From Octopus sinensis (taxonomy: Eukaryota), in contig NW_021837034.1 of the NCBI RefSeq assembly GCF_006345805.1, forward strand, positions 3,411-67,410: a stretch of 64,000 nt of DNA, given 5' to 3'. Below, in pieces: positions 12,605 through 27,523 of the stretch. The notes beneath the pieces were generated by a model, which did no database searches, was not told the origin of the DNA, and saw only the letters and a program-made list of their open reading frames with translations. Each line of letters begins with the position of its first letter. The stretch's first letter is position 1. Both the position numbers and the translations under genes were made by a program.

Positions 12605-13105
12605 TCATCATCATCATCGTTGTTTAACGTCCGCTTACCATGCTAGCATGGGTTGGACGATTTTGACTGAAGGCTGGCGAACCAGATGGCTGCACCAGGC
12701 TCCAATCTTGATCTGTCAGAGTTTCTACAGCTGGATGCCCTTCCTAATGCCAACCACTCCGAGAGTGTAGTGGGTGCTTTTTACATGCCACCGGCATGGG
12801 GGCCAGTCAGGCGGTACTGGCAATGACCTCGCTCGAATCTTTTTACACATGCCACCGGCACAGGTGTCAGTGAAGCTACGTTGGTAACGATCACGCTCGA
12901 ATGGAGCCCTTTTACATGCCACAGGTACGGAAGCCAGCTGGCTGCTCTGGCAACGATCACGCTCTGATGGTGCTCTTGGAACCCTACAAGCACAGGCACA
13001 AGTACCAGTAAGGCGACTCTGGTAACGATCACACTCGAATGGTACCTTTTATGTGCCACTGACACGGAAGCCGATTAGCCGCTCTGTCAATGATCACACT
13101 AGAAA
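12605..13105 (-). mobile_element. RTE LINE 3'UTR/tail fragment
   Basis: Reverse complement of the 3' end at 59990-60490. It ends ...gcggacgttaaac(gat)n and has internal tandem sub-repeats. Confidence 0.8.
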
Positions 13106-14832
13106 GGGGGCGATGAATGAGGAGACTAATTAGTTGGAGAAGATTGCAGCTGGGTGCTAGAATGATGAGTGTAATTCTTAGAAAGGAGTGAAAAAATGAA
13201 TAATTAACTGATGACATGTTGCTTATTTTTTACTCTTATATTTGTTACTTTCCTGCTCACTACGAATACAACTAGTTGTGTGCAGTACTATAACCACTTC
13301 AACATTTCATGACAAGGAACAAGAAAAATTAGTTTTCCCCACTATGATCTATAATTATATTATCGAGTGAGCTTGATATTTATAACGAATTTACAATCTT
13401 TGGATGTGCAGCACACAACAAGCATACCTAGAATACAGACATCTACAACACTGGATACATACACAGGATGGTGATAGAAGCCAACACTGCCAGTCACTTG
13501 TTAATTCAAATTTCATCTGGTTTATCTGATTTCTAGTTTAAATGGGGGTACACCTTAATGTGGGTTTACAATATGTGTGTGTGTGTGTATGTGTGAGACT
13601 GGTGTGAGGAATGGCATCCAGCGATAGAAACCAAGCTAAAATACAACTTACAAGTGACATGTCCTTTAGTATACCTAAGAGTATAGCAATGAGTTGTCCA
13701 ACCCATGCAAGTGTGGAAAAGCTGTATAAAACAATTTTATATATATATATATATATACACACACACATATATATATATGTATATACACACATATACACAC
13801 ACACATATATATATGTATGTATGTACATACATATACACACACACATATATATATGTATGTATGTATGTACACACATACACACACACACACATTTATATAC
13901 ATTTGTGCAGGCATGACTGTGTTGCTTCCCAAACACATGGTTTGGGGTCCGTTCTCACTGTGTGGCACCTTGGTCAAATCGAGTTTCTTGAGGCAGATTT
14001 TCTACAGCCCAGATGCCCTTCCTGTCACCAACCCTCACCTGCTTCCAAGCAAAGTAGTATTTCCTTGTGGACGGAGAGGATTTTCATGGAAGGCTGGAAA
14101 CAAACTTACCTCTATGATGACAAAACAAACTTACCTCTATGATGACAATGCTCATTTACAACCATTACATGATGTCAAGGGAAAAGCACACGCAAACACA
14201 TACACACAACAGGCTTCTTGCAGTTTCCTAACGCTTTGATTGATCCAAGACTAAAGTAAAAAACTCGTGCCAAAGGTGCCACATAGTGGGACTAAACCCA
14301 AGACTACATAGTTGGGACGCAAGCTGTTTAACCACACATTTGTCATTGTCTCATGGTGGCAATGACAAATGACCAAGACCTTTGGCAATATGCCATGCTT
14401 CAGTAGAAGACCCATCAAACCAAGTGAAATCATGGCCATGAACAAGCACTGGTGTCACATAACTGGCACCTATTGCACTCAGAGTGGTTGGCATTAGGAA
14501 GGGCATCGAACTGTAGAAATTGGGCCAAATCAGGTTAGAGTATAGAGCAGCTCCTCCGTTTACCAGCTCTGGTCAAACCGTCAAACCCATGCCAGCATGG
14601 AAAGTGGACGTTAAATGATAATGATGATCATGATGATGAATCATGCCTGTGCCTTAACAGATATATAAACATAGCTTCCAAGAGTCTATGACATTGGTTC
14701 TCAACCAGGGTCCATGGATGCCAGGGGAATCTGTTCTGTTTAGCAAATGGGCCACACAGAAAACACAAAAGGGTTAACAGACGAAGAAAAAGTGTCATTG
14801 TGAAAGTGAACAATCACAACATGGAAATTTCA

Positions 14833-15307
14833 CCCTTTTGTTACCATATTTCTGTTGAGATGCTCTGTGTTTCTTTCAATTAATTTTAAATATAACAAAG
14901 AATTTAGTAAACTAACTTAGTTATCATTAAACTAGTGTTAGGAACATAAACTGTGACTAAGGTTTGGTGGAAGATTTTAATTCAAAACTTTTGAAAACAA
15001 GGCATTTGTGTTACAGAACCAGAGCCGGTTTCATCCAGGTTGGTATCAAAAGGGTTAAGAATTGTTTCTCTATTATATATTTTAACCTTTTCATTACTGT
15101 ATTTATTTTGAGATGCTCTGTGTTTCTTTCAATTACTTTTAAATATAACAAAGAATTTAGTAAAATAACTTAGTTATCATTCAGCTAGTGTTAGGAACAT
15201 AAATTGTGACTAAGGTTTGGTGGAAGATTTTAATTTAGAACTTATGAAAACAAAACATTTGTACTACAGAATCAGAGGCGGTTTCAGCTGGGTTGGTAAC
15301 AAAAGGG
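14833..15307. mobile_element. two tandem ~222-bp piggyBac-like MITEs
   Basis: Copies at 14833-15054 and 15086-15307. Ends CC(C)TTTT(G/C)...CAAAAGGG, TTAA flanks (first left flank TTCA), near-identical interiors. Confidence 0.8.
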
Positions 15308-15599
15308 TTAATTCAAAACAATTTGAATAAATAAGTATTACATTTGACAAAGAATTCTCAATGCTGAAGGTTTAATGCCACTCATTATCTAAAATTGGTA
15401 TTAACAAAGTAAACAACTGAAACTTCACTAAATCTTCAGGCCAGTTTGTCCCAAATGCTGCAGCAGCTGTTAAGGCTATTGTTGATCTTGACCCACCTGT
15501 TATTGACCCAACCCACCCCCTTCAATCACCTCGGATTTCTGTGGGATTGGGGGAGAAGGGGTAATGAACAGTGAAACATCATAGTTATACTGATACGTA

Positions 15600-16045
15600 A
15601 TTCTTTCTGCTATAGGCACAAAGCCCGAAATTTGGGGGGAGGGGGCTAGTCGATTACATCAACCCCAGTATTCAACTGGTACTTAATTTATCAATCTCGA
15701 AAGGATGAAAAGCAAAGCCAACCTCGGCGGAATTTAAACTCAGAAGGGAGCAACAGGTGAAATACCCCTAAGCATTTTTCCCAGCAGGCTAATGATCCCG
15801 CCAGCTTGCTGCCTTAATAATAATAATAATAATGGTTTCAAATTTTGCCTCGTGGGCAGAAATTTTGGAGTAGGGGATGAGTCAATTACATCAACCTTAG
15901 TACTCAACTAGCACTTATTTTATTGACCCTGGAAGGATGAAATGCAAAGTCAACCTCAGTGGAATTAGAACTCAGAATATAAATGTGAACAAAACGCCAC
16001 TAAGCATTTTGCCCAGCATGTTAACGATTCTGCCAGCTCACCGTC
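15600..16045 (-). mobile_element. two tandem Meta-domain-like SINEs
   Basis: Each contains (g)gaaggatgaaa..caaag.caacctc.g.ggaatt..aactcagaa. Confidence 0.75.
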
Positions 16046-16279
16046 TGATTTTGATTCCAAATGACAATTTATCATCTCTACCCTTTAAAGGCACAGAGTG
16101 GTTCTGTGGTTAAGAAGCCTGCTTCCCAACCTACTTGGTTATGGGTTCAATCCTACTGTGTGGCACTTTAGGCAAGTGTCTTCTACTATAGTCCCCTAGT
16201 CCCCATCTAACCAAAACCTTATAAGTGGATTTGGTAGACAGAAACTAAAAGAAGCCTATCATGTGTGTGTGTGCGTACA

Positions 16280-16311
<32 letters not shown>

Positions 16312-17362
16312 TATATATATGTGTGTATGTATATATGTATATGTGTGCATACAAATGTGTGTGTGAGAGAGAGAGAGAGATAGAGTTGGTGTTTGTCTTG
16401 ACATCTTGCACTTATTGTAAACGAGTGTCACCAACATACAAGCAGTGTCCTTTGTTTCCAATCTTTTAAGAAAACACGTCCAGGCATGGAGAAAAACGAC
16501 CTTACTTGGAAACAGGTAAGCGTTGGCAACTGGAAGAGCATCCAGCCATAGGAAATCTACCCCAACAAACACTGTCCATCCCATGCAAGCATGGAAAATC
16601 TCCAGCATATTGAGTTTGTGTGTCATCAACCATAGGTGAACGAATTTAATGATTTACAGAACTGTCTTTTCCAAAATTTCTGTCTCCACGGTAACTTTCA
16701 ATAATTTTAGAAATTATTTACATTTTACATAAATATGTGACCTTTATAGTATTTCCTATAATTTGGTTACTGGTTATCGTGTTCAACATAGAGTATAAAT
16801 ATTTCTGATATCATATACATTTACGCTGTTAACCCTTACTATTGATTAAATCAGACATTTAGCTTAAGCAGATTACATATACATAGACTTAAATGTATTC
16901 ACACACACACATAAATACACAATCAGTTGCTTACAGAAATACATGTGGACATATATGCATATAAAGACATCTAAATATAGATGATATATATATATATATA
17001 TATATACATATACGTATATCGATGTGTGAGATGTGTGAAATGGAGGTTGTTTAGCTTAATAGTTAGAGCAATCAGCCGGAATCTTAGGGGTACAGATTTC
17101 AAGTCCCGTGGCCACCTTCTGACAACTTTTTTACTTGGGGTGCCTCATCGTGGAAACAGCCTTAGGACTGAAATGTATAAAAGAACATATATACAGACGC
17201 AGGAGTGGCTGCGTAGTAAGTAGCTTGCTTACCAACCACATGGTTCCGGGTTCAGTACCACTGTGTGGCACCTTGGGTAAGTGTCTTCTACTATAGACTT
17301 GGGCCAAGCAAAGCCTTATGAGTGGATTTGGTACACGGAAACTGAAAGAAGCCTGTCGTGTG

Positions 17363-17479
<117 letters not shown>

Positions 17480-18904
17480 TGCGCAAAGGAAAAGGAAAGT
17501 CTGTTCGGATAAAAGCTATTTATTTACAGGACAAAAGTGCTACACAGTTTTTATCCAAATCCTGAGTGTCGCATTTTCATTGCAGTGGGACTGAACCCAG
17601 AACCATGTGGCTGGTAAGCTAGCTACTTAACACACACACATATATATACATACATATATACAGGCACATAGCTCAGTAGATAGAGTGTCAGACTCACAAT
17701 CATGAGGTACTGAGTTCGATTATTGAGCAAGACACTTTATTTCACATTGCTCCAGTTCACTCAGCTGTGGAAATGAGTTCTCACATCACTAGTGCCAAGC
17801 TATATCAACCTTTACCTTTCCCTTGAACAACATTGGTGGTGTATAGAGGGGAGGCTGGTATGCGTGGGTGTCTACTGGTCTTCCATAAACAACCTTGCCC
17901 AGACTTGTGTTTCAGAAGGTAACTTTCTAAGTGCAATCCCATGGTAATTCATGACCAAAGGGGGTCTTTACTAATGTATAAATACATGCACAAGTATATA
18001 TATTTAGACATATGCACCTGTATTTATAGATGTATCAATCTCAGGATATATAAACAATACAAATATATGAATATATATACATGTATAAACATGTGTATGT
18101 GTGTGTGAATACATCATTGTTTTAACATTCACTTTTCCATGTTTCCATGGGTCAGACAAGAGTCTATTGAAGCAGACTTACTATGGTTAGATGCCCTCCC
18201 TGTCGCCAACCCTCACCCGTTTCCAAGCAAAGCAGTATTTCCCCAGGGTTGGACATGTTCATGCAAGACATTAAAAATGAATGACACCAAATATGTGACA
18301 TTGACAATTATTTTACATCTGTCATCTGATGCTGAGACAAAGAGATCCAAACACACATTCATACACATATGCATACACACACATATACATACATATGTGT
18401 GAGTAATATATTGATTCAGAGAATCCTATGGTTATCACAGAAAGCTCCTCTGCTGGACCCGGCTAGCAAATCACAAAGGAATCCAAATCAGAAGCACATA
18501 ATACAAAGCTCTATGCAGCTGAAATCCAGGAGATCAAATCTACGAAATTACTTTATCAGTAAAAATTCAAGAGGCATGAGAAGTGAATAATATATTTATT
18601 TAACCATATTAAGTGGTTAAATAAACACATTGATATTCAATTATGTAAATGTATATTTATGAATATGTATGACTATGAGTGTCAACACATAGAAACCACA
18701 CACCATGAAGACCTACCTATATTTATACATAAGCATCTCTCCTTACAGGCTTTGCTTGAGCAATCAAATGGTTAGTGACAGTATCCAAGGCTTAATTGGT
18801 CATGTCTTTAATCAATTATTAACAATAAAAAGAAGTCATGCATGATTTCCTTGATAAAAAGACCATCACACAATATAACATACATACACATACACACATG
18901 TATA

Positions 18905-19103
18905 TATTTTTATCTGTTTCAGTCATTTCGACTGCAGCCATGCTGGAGCACTGCCTTTAGTCGAGCAAATCGACCCCAGGATTTATTCTTTGTAAGCCTA
19001 GTACTTAATTTATTGGTATCTTTTGCTAAACCACTAAGTTAAAGGGATGTAAACACACCAGCATCGGTTGTCAAGTGATGTTGGGAGGACAAACATAGAC
19101 ACA

Positions 19104-19161
<58 letters not shown>

Positions 19162-19315
19162 CGGTGGGCTTCTTTCAGTTTCTGTCAACCAAATCCACTC
19201 AAGGCTCTGGTAGGCCTGAGGTTTAAAGTAGAAGACACTTGCCCAAGTTGCCATGCAGTGGGACTCAACCCGGAACCATGTGGTTGGTAAGCAAGCTACT
19301 TACCACACAGCCACA
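18905..19315 (-). mobile_element. SINE family A
   Basis: Full reverse-complement copy with a (CA)n/(TA)n middle. Confidence 0.85.
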
Positions 19316-20056
19316 CACACATATACATACACACAAACATGTATATATACATGTATGTATATATCTATATATGTATATCTATATGAACCTGCACTGCAGC
19401 ATGGAGAACAAAGAGCAGCAGCTCTGTCCAACTCGATCACTTTAAACGCAATGCCCCAGCATGACCACAACCCTCAGGCTTAAACCAGTTAGAAAGAAAA
19501 GCTATATATATATATATATATTTGCTATTTTCACAAGAAGAGGTTGGCAGTGATTAAGTAATTTCAGCCAGCTAAAGTTTGTTGCACTGTTCAAAGATGG
19601 CCAGCAGGTTGGTACTTCAAAGTCACTGTCAGCCCAAATCTTCCGAAGGTCTAATAAATATGTACTCTACAAAAGAGTTTCATGTTCAAAGGTTCTTATA
19701 AGTTGACATAAATTCAAATATCAATATGATATACATATATTTTTTATATGGATGCATAACAATACTTATATACACATGCAGGAGAATGAAACTATATATA
19801 TACATATTTTTTATTTCTTTATTTTATTCTATCTAGTTTCAGCTCACGAGCTGTGGCCATGCTGGGGCACCGCCATTTGGTGTTGCTACATGATTTTACT
19901 TCACGAATGCTTTTTAGCAACTGCCATTTGGTGCATGAGAGAGTTCGATGCAGCTGCCCTCAACTGCACCTGTATATAATTATACACACACATGCATGTA
20001 TGTATCTTTGTATATATACATATGCATTGGAAAACTCATACATACCAATATGTTTC

Positions 20057-20091
<35 letters not shown>

Positions 20092-20653
20092 TAAATTTTA
20101 AATAATAAGGGTGAAAAATTGAACATTAATTTGATTAATATTAATTTAAAACCAGTGGTCTAGCATATAGAAAAATCTGAAGATTCAGAAAATGTAATAT
20201 ATATATATATATATATACATACAGAAAATGCAACATATATATATATATCATGCATATATGCATATGTAGATACACATATACAAATATGCACAGATTTAGA
20301 AATATATGAATGCACACACACACATTAGTAAAACAATCATAGATGTATCTGTGTGCTTAAGAAGTTTGTCTGCCGCCACGTGCTTTATGAGTTAGTCCTG
20401 TTACATGAAACCTAAGGCAAGGATCTCATAGCAAAGCCTGAGGGCATGAATTTTTTTCTATATAAACATGACATATCTATGAACAAATTTCAATACACAC
20501 ACCTAGCAAAATTATATATTCAGTATATATCGACTAACATAAAAGTACAAACATATATATTCATGTATGGACATTACATACATATATATTTATCTATATC
20601 TCCCTCTATCTATATATACGAGAGAGAGTGAGAGAGAAGATATTGATGCATGA

Positions 20654-20687
<34 letters not shown>

Positions 20688-20770
20688 GAAAAATGAAGAA
20701 ATGTATACTTATAACAAAAGATGTATACACACATATGTGTATATATACTGCATTTTAAAATGAAAACATG

Positions 20771-20817
<47 letters not shown>

Positions 20818-21249
20818 ATATATATGTAATTATAGGTGTATTTTGAAGTGTCTAAACATGTATACATGCATAATATGTGTGTGTATAAACACTTGTGCAT
20901 ATATATTTGTTAGCACTTAGACATACATGTATAAAGTACCAATACACATATATAAAGTTTTATTTATATTCACGTAATATGTTCAATATTCTTACATGCA
21001 TATCAAGCATGCACACAAACACACACACACATATATATGTATGTATGTATGTATAAAAAGAAGCGGAAAACACTTATACAAATGAACAATATATAATTTT
21101 TTTGTTTTTGTTTCACAAACATTACAAAGTGACATAAAGTTTAAATAGTTCAGGAATGCATGAAACTCTTCCTTTATATATAAACAGGTGTACGATTTAC
21201 CTACTGTATATGCATAAATATATACAGGTACCTACCTGCACACATATAT

Positions 21250-21807
21250 GCATATATGTATATATATATATATATAATTATATACAGATATGTGTATATA
21301 TTTATATATATATAATTATATAGATATATCTATACATTTATATATGCATATATATATATAATTATATACAGATATATGTATACATTTATATATGCATATA
21401 TATATATATATATATGTATTTATACAATTATATATATTTATATATATATATATATGTATTTATACATTTATATATATTTATGTATATACGTATTTATACA
21501 TTTATATATATTTATGTATATACGTATTTATACATATCTATATGTATACATTTATACATATCTATATATATACATTTATATATATATATGTATTTATACA
21601 TATCTATATATATACATTTATATATATATGCATATATATGTATTTATATATATATGTGTGCATGTTTATAAACATATATACGTAAATAAATGTACCTATA
21701 TATACACAAATATATGTATATGTGTGTGTATATATATATACACACACACACATACACGTGCTAATGTATATATGAATGTAGCTGTATATATACAAATATA
21801 CAAAAAC

Positions 21808-21844
<37 letters not shown>

Positions 21845-22560
21845 CGTATATATATATATATTTACACGTACCAACATATATGAATAAATATAAATGTACA
21901 TACATACAAAAAGTATTTTATTCTATTCCAGAATAAATATGTATTGAATCACAAGACGGTTTTTTGATATATTTTTACCTTTTTCTTACAACATAAATAC
22001 ATATAAATCTACCTGTACAGAGAGACAGATAGATAGATGTGCCTAAATATATATATACCTATATTCATAAACAAACATGTACCTATATATAGATATATAT
22101 ATATGTATAAACAAACTTGTATCTACATACATCATCATCATCGTTTAACGTCCGTTTTCCATGCTGGCATGGGTTTGATGGTTTGACCGGGGCACTGGCA
22201 AGCCAGTAGGCTATGCCAGGCTCCAATCTGATATATATATATATATACCTGTATTATACACATATTTATAATTATACCAATTATATATATATGTATGTAT
22301 ATCAATTATATACATATGTATACCATTTATATATATATATGTATACCAATTATATATATATATATATATATAAATATACATATATACCAATTATATTTAT
22401 ATATACACACCTATATATAATATACATATATTTATATGTATACCAATATATATATATATATTATATATATATATATATATATACATACACACATACATAA
22501 GCATGTAAATACACACACACATACACATATATCCACACATACTCATAAATATATATATAC
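21250..22560. repeat. degenerate TA-rich microsatellite/minisatellite field
   Basis: TATATA, ATACATTTAT and ATACCAATT sub-repeats. Confidence 0.85.
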
Positions 22561-23242
22561 ATCTGTATAAAGATAGACATACTCATACAAAACCATAGTT
22601 ATATACACCTGTAAAAACCATTCTGATACCCATTAGGCTATTGATAATGTATACAGGTGACGGCTTGTTTTATGTTTGTCTGTTGTTTCCTGCAAATCTC
22701 TTGTATCCTGCTTTTTTTCGGGTCATCGTTCGCTGAGATCTTAATTCTCGTCAGGTTAATAATCATGCTTAAGAAGTTTATACATTATGAAGGATTATGG
22801 CATCTTTACTTATACTATGCAGATATCTACCTATATAGCAATATGTGTGTGTGTGTGTGTTTATATTCAATCCAGAACACGTTTTTCAAAAATTGACCAA
22901 AAGCACAAAAACTGTCTTGCAAAAACGTTTGACATTCTGGTTTCTCTATATAATTTTTTTCAATAAATTGTTTACTTTGAAAAATGTTTTTCATTGAATA
23001 TTGTGACTGTATCCAATATTTTTCAAAAACTTTTAAATCTGTGAGTGTGTGTGCATATATAATATATATATATACATATACACACGCACACACACAGGTA
23101 TATGATTTATAATCATACTAAAGACAGGACAGGTGATGGAACAACAAAGTGTATTAGTTTGACATTCCAGAAAAATTAAGATAGTCTTTGATGTTTTGAG
23201 CTTATGGTAGGTGTATGTACCTGGGTAGATCAATGTGCGTGA

Positions 23243-23276
<34 letters not shown>

Positions 23277-23337
23277 ACATATACATACATATCTGTGGGG
23301 AGGGGTAAGTGTATGTGTGTATATATATATATATAAT

Positions 23338-23650
23338 TTTATTCTTTTACTTGTTTCAGTCATATGACTGTGGCCATGCTGGAGCACTGCCTTTAGTGGA
23401 ATAAATCGACCCCAGGACTTATTCTATCAGTCTCTTTTGCCAAACTGCTAAGTTACGGAGACATAAACACACCAACATTGGTTGTGTATATATATATACA
23501 CGTCAGGCTTCTTTCAGTTTCCATCTATTAAATACACTCACAATGCTTTCTTCGGCTCTAGGCTATATAGTAGAAGACCCTTGTCCAACGTGCCATGCAG
23601 TGGGACTGAACCCGGAACCATGTCGTTGGGAAGCAAGCTTCTTACTACAC
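23338..23650 (-). mobile_element. SINE family A, partial
   Basis: tttacttgtttcagtca...ttctttcagtttccatc...gtgggactgaacccggaaccatg. Confidence 0.8.
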
Positions 23651-23698
23651 ACCCTATATATATACATACATACATACACACTCACACATTTTATATAT

Positions 23699-23736
<38 letters not shown>

Positions 23737-24480
23737 GTCAATTCAAAGAACAAACAATTAAAGAGGGAGAAACAACGAACGTGAAGACGTGCACAAGAAA
23801 TATATTAATTTGACGCTCGGTGAAAGGAGGAAGTTGTTAACGCTTCGAGCATAGCTCTTCGTCGGAAACAGTAAAGTCCAAAAATAAAGGGGAAAAAATC
23901 ACCAACAATTCACGTGCGGTTACAGTTCTGAAGTATGCCTAAATGCGTATATATGTACCTATATATATATAGTTCTACATACACCTAATTATATATATAT
24001 ATATATATGTGTGTGTATGTCTATCCATATATGCATTATACATGCGTGTATCTATCATCATTATTTAAGATCTAAACATCCATCAATGTTATACGTGTGT
24101 GTGTGCATATCTGTATGTAAATATGTACATATTAAAGTGTGGACAAGAAAACGGTGATGATTAGGGCAAAGGAGCTAAAAAGGGCCTCAGTTATGAAGTA
24201 GCATTTCATTCTATCGACCCCGAAAGTAGACCTCGACAAGAATTGAACTCGGAACTTAAAGAGCCAGAAGAGACATCAAAACCGTAACAAGACAAACACA
24301 CACACACACACACACATCGTTTTCTTACACATGTCCGTAAATATACATACTCCTATATATACCCGTCAACCTTTATAAACATGCACACATCCATACATAC
24401 ACACCTCGAGTTACCCACATACTTTTATGTACAGATATCAAAATACACACACACACATATCATTATTTATATACAATTAA

Positions 24481-24864
24481 GCAGGAGTGGCTGAGTGGTA
24501 AGTAGCTTGTTTACCAACCACATGGTTCCGGGTTCAGTCCCACTGCGTGGCACCTTGGGCAAGTGTCTTCTACTATAGCCTCGGGCCGACCAAAGCCTTG
24601 TGAGTGGATTTGGTAGACGGAAACTGAAAGAAGCCCGTCGTATATATGTATATATGCATGTGTGTATTTGTGTGTGTCCCCCTAGCATTGCTTGGCAACC
24701 GATGCTGGTGTGTTTATGTCCCCGTTACTTAGCGGTTCGGCAAAAGAGACCGATAGAATAAGTAATGGGCTTACAAAAGAATAAGTCCCGGGGTCGAGTT
24801 GCTCGATTAAAGACGGTGCTCCAGCATGGCTGCAGTCAAATGACTGAAACAAGTAAAAGAAAGA
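24481..24864 (+). mobile_element. SINE family A, full length, CpGs retained
   Basis: Near-identical to 7134-7513. Confidence 0.92.
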
Positions 24865-26363
24865 ATATGTCCGGTCTCAGAGTGACCAATGGTTGTATGT
24901 ATATATAGCCCGGGGCTTACAGCAGTGGGACTCAGTCAAATGTGCCGCAAGGTGGAACAGAAACCGAAGCCACGTGGTTCCAATATACGTTATATTATTA
25001 GATGTCAAATATCTTCACAGGTACACAAATTTATTGGAAGATGGTTTCGTTCAATCATCTCTTGGAATTCTTAGAATTTTTTTTAATCGGGTAAAAAAAA
25101 AAAAAGCAAAAGAGAACTAGACTTTACGTAACATTTAATTATGCCGAAGTTACACACACACCTGAAATTATATACATTATATATATACATACACACAGCC
25201 ATAAATATATACATATATATATATATTATATATATATATATACTCCCATAAATATACATATATAAATATATACTCCTATAAATATACATATACACACATA
25301 ACTATACATATATACACATTATGTGTATATATATATATATATATGCATGTGCACACATACATGTGCATTTACATATAGATACATGTACTTTTATATATAT
25401 ATACACACACACAGATACATACATATACACATACACACATACATACATCGATACATACAAATATATATATACACACACATACATCGATACATACGTGCAT
25501 ATATATATACACACATGGACACACATATACAAGTACATTTATATATCAATATATTATATATATAAACACATTGATACATGTACAAATATATTTATACACA
25601 CACACACATACAGACGTACAGGTATATACATATATGTATACATATATACAGACATACACAAATGCAAACACACACACACATATGTCGCGCTTTCAGTTTG
25701 TGATTTATAAACCGAAACTAGAGAAATTTGCAATGAGACTTATTCAGCAATGTCCAAATAGCCTTCCCCTACGCCCGGTTCCTTTTTTACATATATATAT
25801 AGATAGTTTGAAGAATTTTTTCAAATTTCTATTTATCAAGTTCCGAGACTCAGATTCTGCCTCGGCCTCTCGCACCACCCCCTCATAAAAAAGAAAGAGA
25901 CAAAACGAAAAATAATAAAAAAAAAAAAGCTTTAAATGCTTTTGGAAAATTTTTTTGGTGGACGTAGGAAGGGAGCCAAACTCCACGTTTCTAAATTTCA
26001 ATTCCGATTGCTTAGGATAATTTTCCACTTAAAATTGAATTGATGATCCTAAATCGATCAATATATATGGATAACTGATCAATCGTATATAACTTGGATA
26101 TGTTTCGACCAAAGATTATTATATATATATAATTGATCAGTTATCCTTAAGTCAGAGGAAGACAGAATCTAAACGATTATACTTTTATAGTGTCGAATAG
26201 CATATTCCTGGTAATGGCATATAACCGGTCAGAAAGTTACCAGTGGTTTTGATTGTCGGTATCGCCAAGTGCAAATTAATAGACGCGAAACCGATTGTAA
26301 CTTTTTGACCGGTTATAGACCACCAGGAATATACTGCCCATCAATATAAAAGCATGTCTCTTT

Positions 26364-26463
<100 letters not shown>

Positions 26464-27523
26464 GTATGTAATGATCAACAATAAGGCGGCAAACTGACAA
26501 TCGTTAGAGCTCCTATACATCGCATGCTGGCCAGCCTTCGTTCTGGTCTCCACGCTCTGATTTCAAATCCCAGAGAGAAACAGTTTAGCTTTTTCATCCA
26601 TTCGGTATTGCGATCGTTATCTCCCCCCCCTCTCTCTCTCCTTACTGTCCTTTTCACTCTCACACAATCTCTCTGTCTCTCTCTCTCTCTCTAAAAGAAA
26701 CCGCTCGGTTTAAATGTCATGAAAGACACCCCAACCGATCCCATCAGGAGTTTAGGGTCAAATGCTAAGCCAATGATATACGTATGTATACGTGTGCGTA
26801 TAGTATATATACACACACATATACACGTAGGTATATGTAGGTTACATACGGAGCTATTGATTGATTTCAATTAACTAAAACTTTTTGAAATATACGTGAG
26901 CAGGTGCGCATACACACACACACAGACTTTATCCACTATACAATATGACAGATTTTAAAATAGTTATGTACCACCTATAAATAGTAACTAGATAAACATC
27001 GCACACACATCTTGGGAAAGTGCCTTCTACTATGGCCCCGGGCTGACCAAAGCCTTGTGAGTGAATTTGCTAAATTGTGTGGAAGTGTAGTATACTAGCA
27101 TACGTGAGCGTGTGTGTGTGCGTGTTAGTCTCCACCACGCCGCTTAACCAGTGTTAGTCTGTTTATGTCCCTGTAACTAGCGGTTCCGAAAGGATAAGTA
27201 CCAGGGACGATTTGTTCAACTAAGGCTTTAAGGTGGTGCTCCAGTATGACTACAGTCCAATGACTGAAACAACACACACACATATATATATATATATATA
27301 CACACACACATACATACATACATATACACACACACACACATATATATACATATACACACATACACATATATATACATATACACACATACACATATATATA
27401 CATATACACACATATACATATATATACACACACACATTTATCTATATACGCATATACACACACACACACACACACATATATATACACACACACACACATA
27501 TATATATATATACATATATACAC

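Noticed and set aside
21190-24000. Many minus-strand AG|GT motifs suggesting recursive splice sites
   Set aside because: They are embedded in degenerate TA repeats without consistent polypyrimidine tracts or donor consensus, and chance was not excluded.
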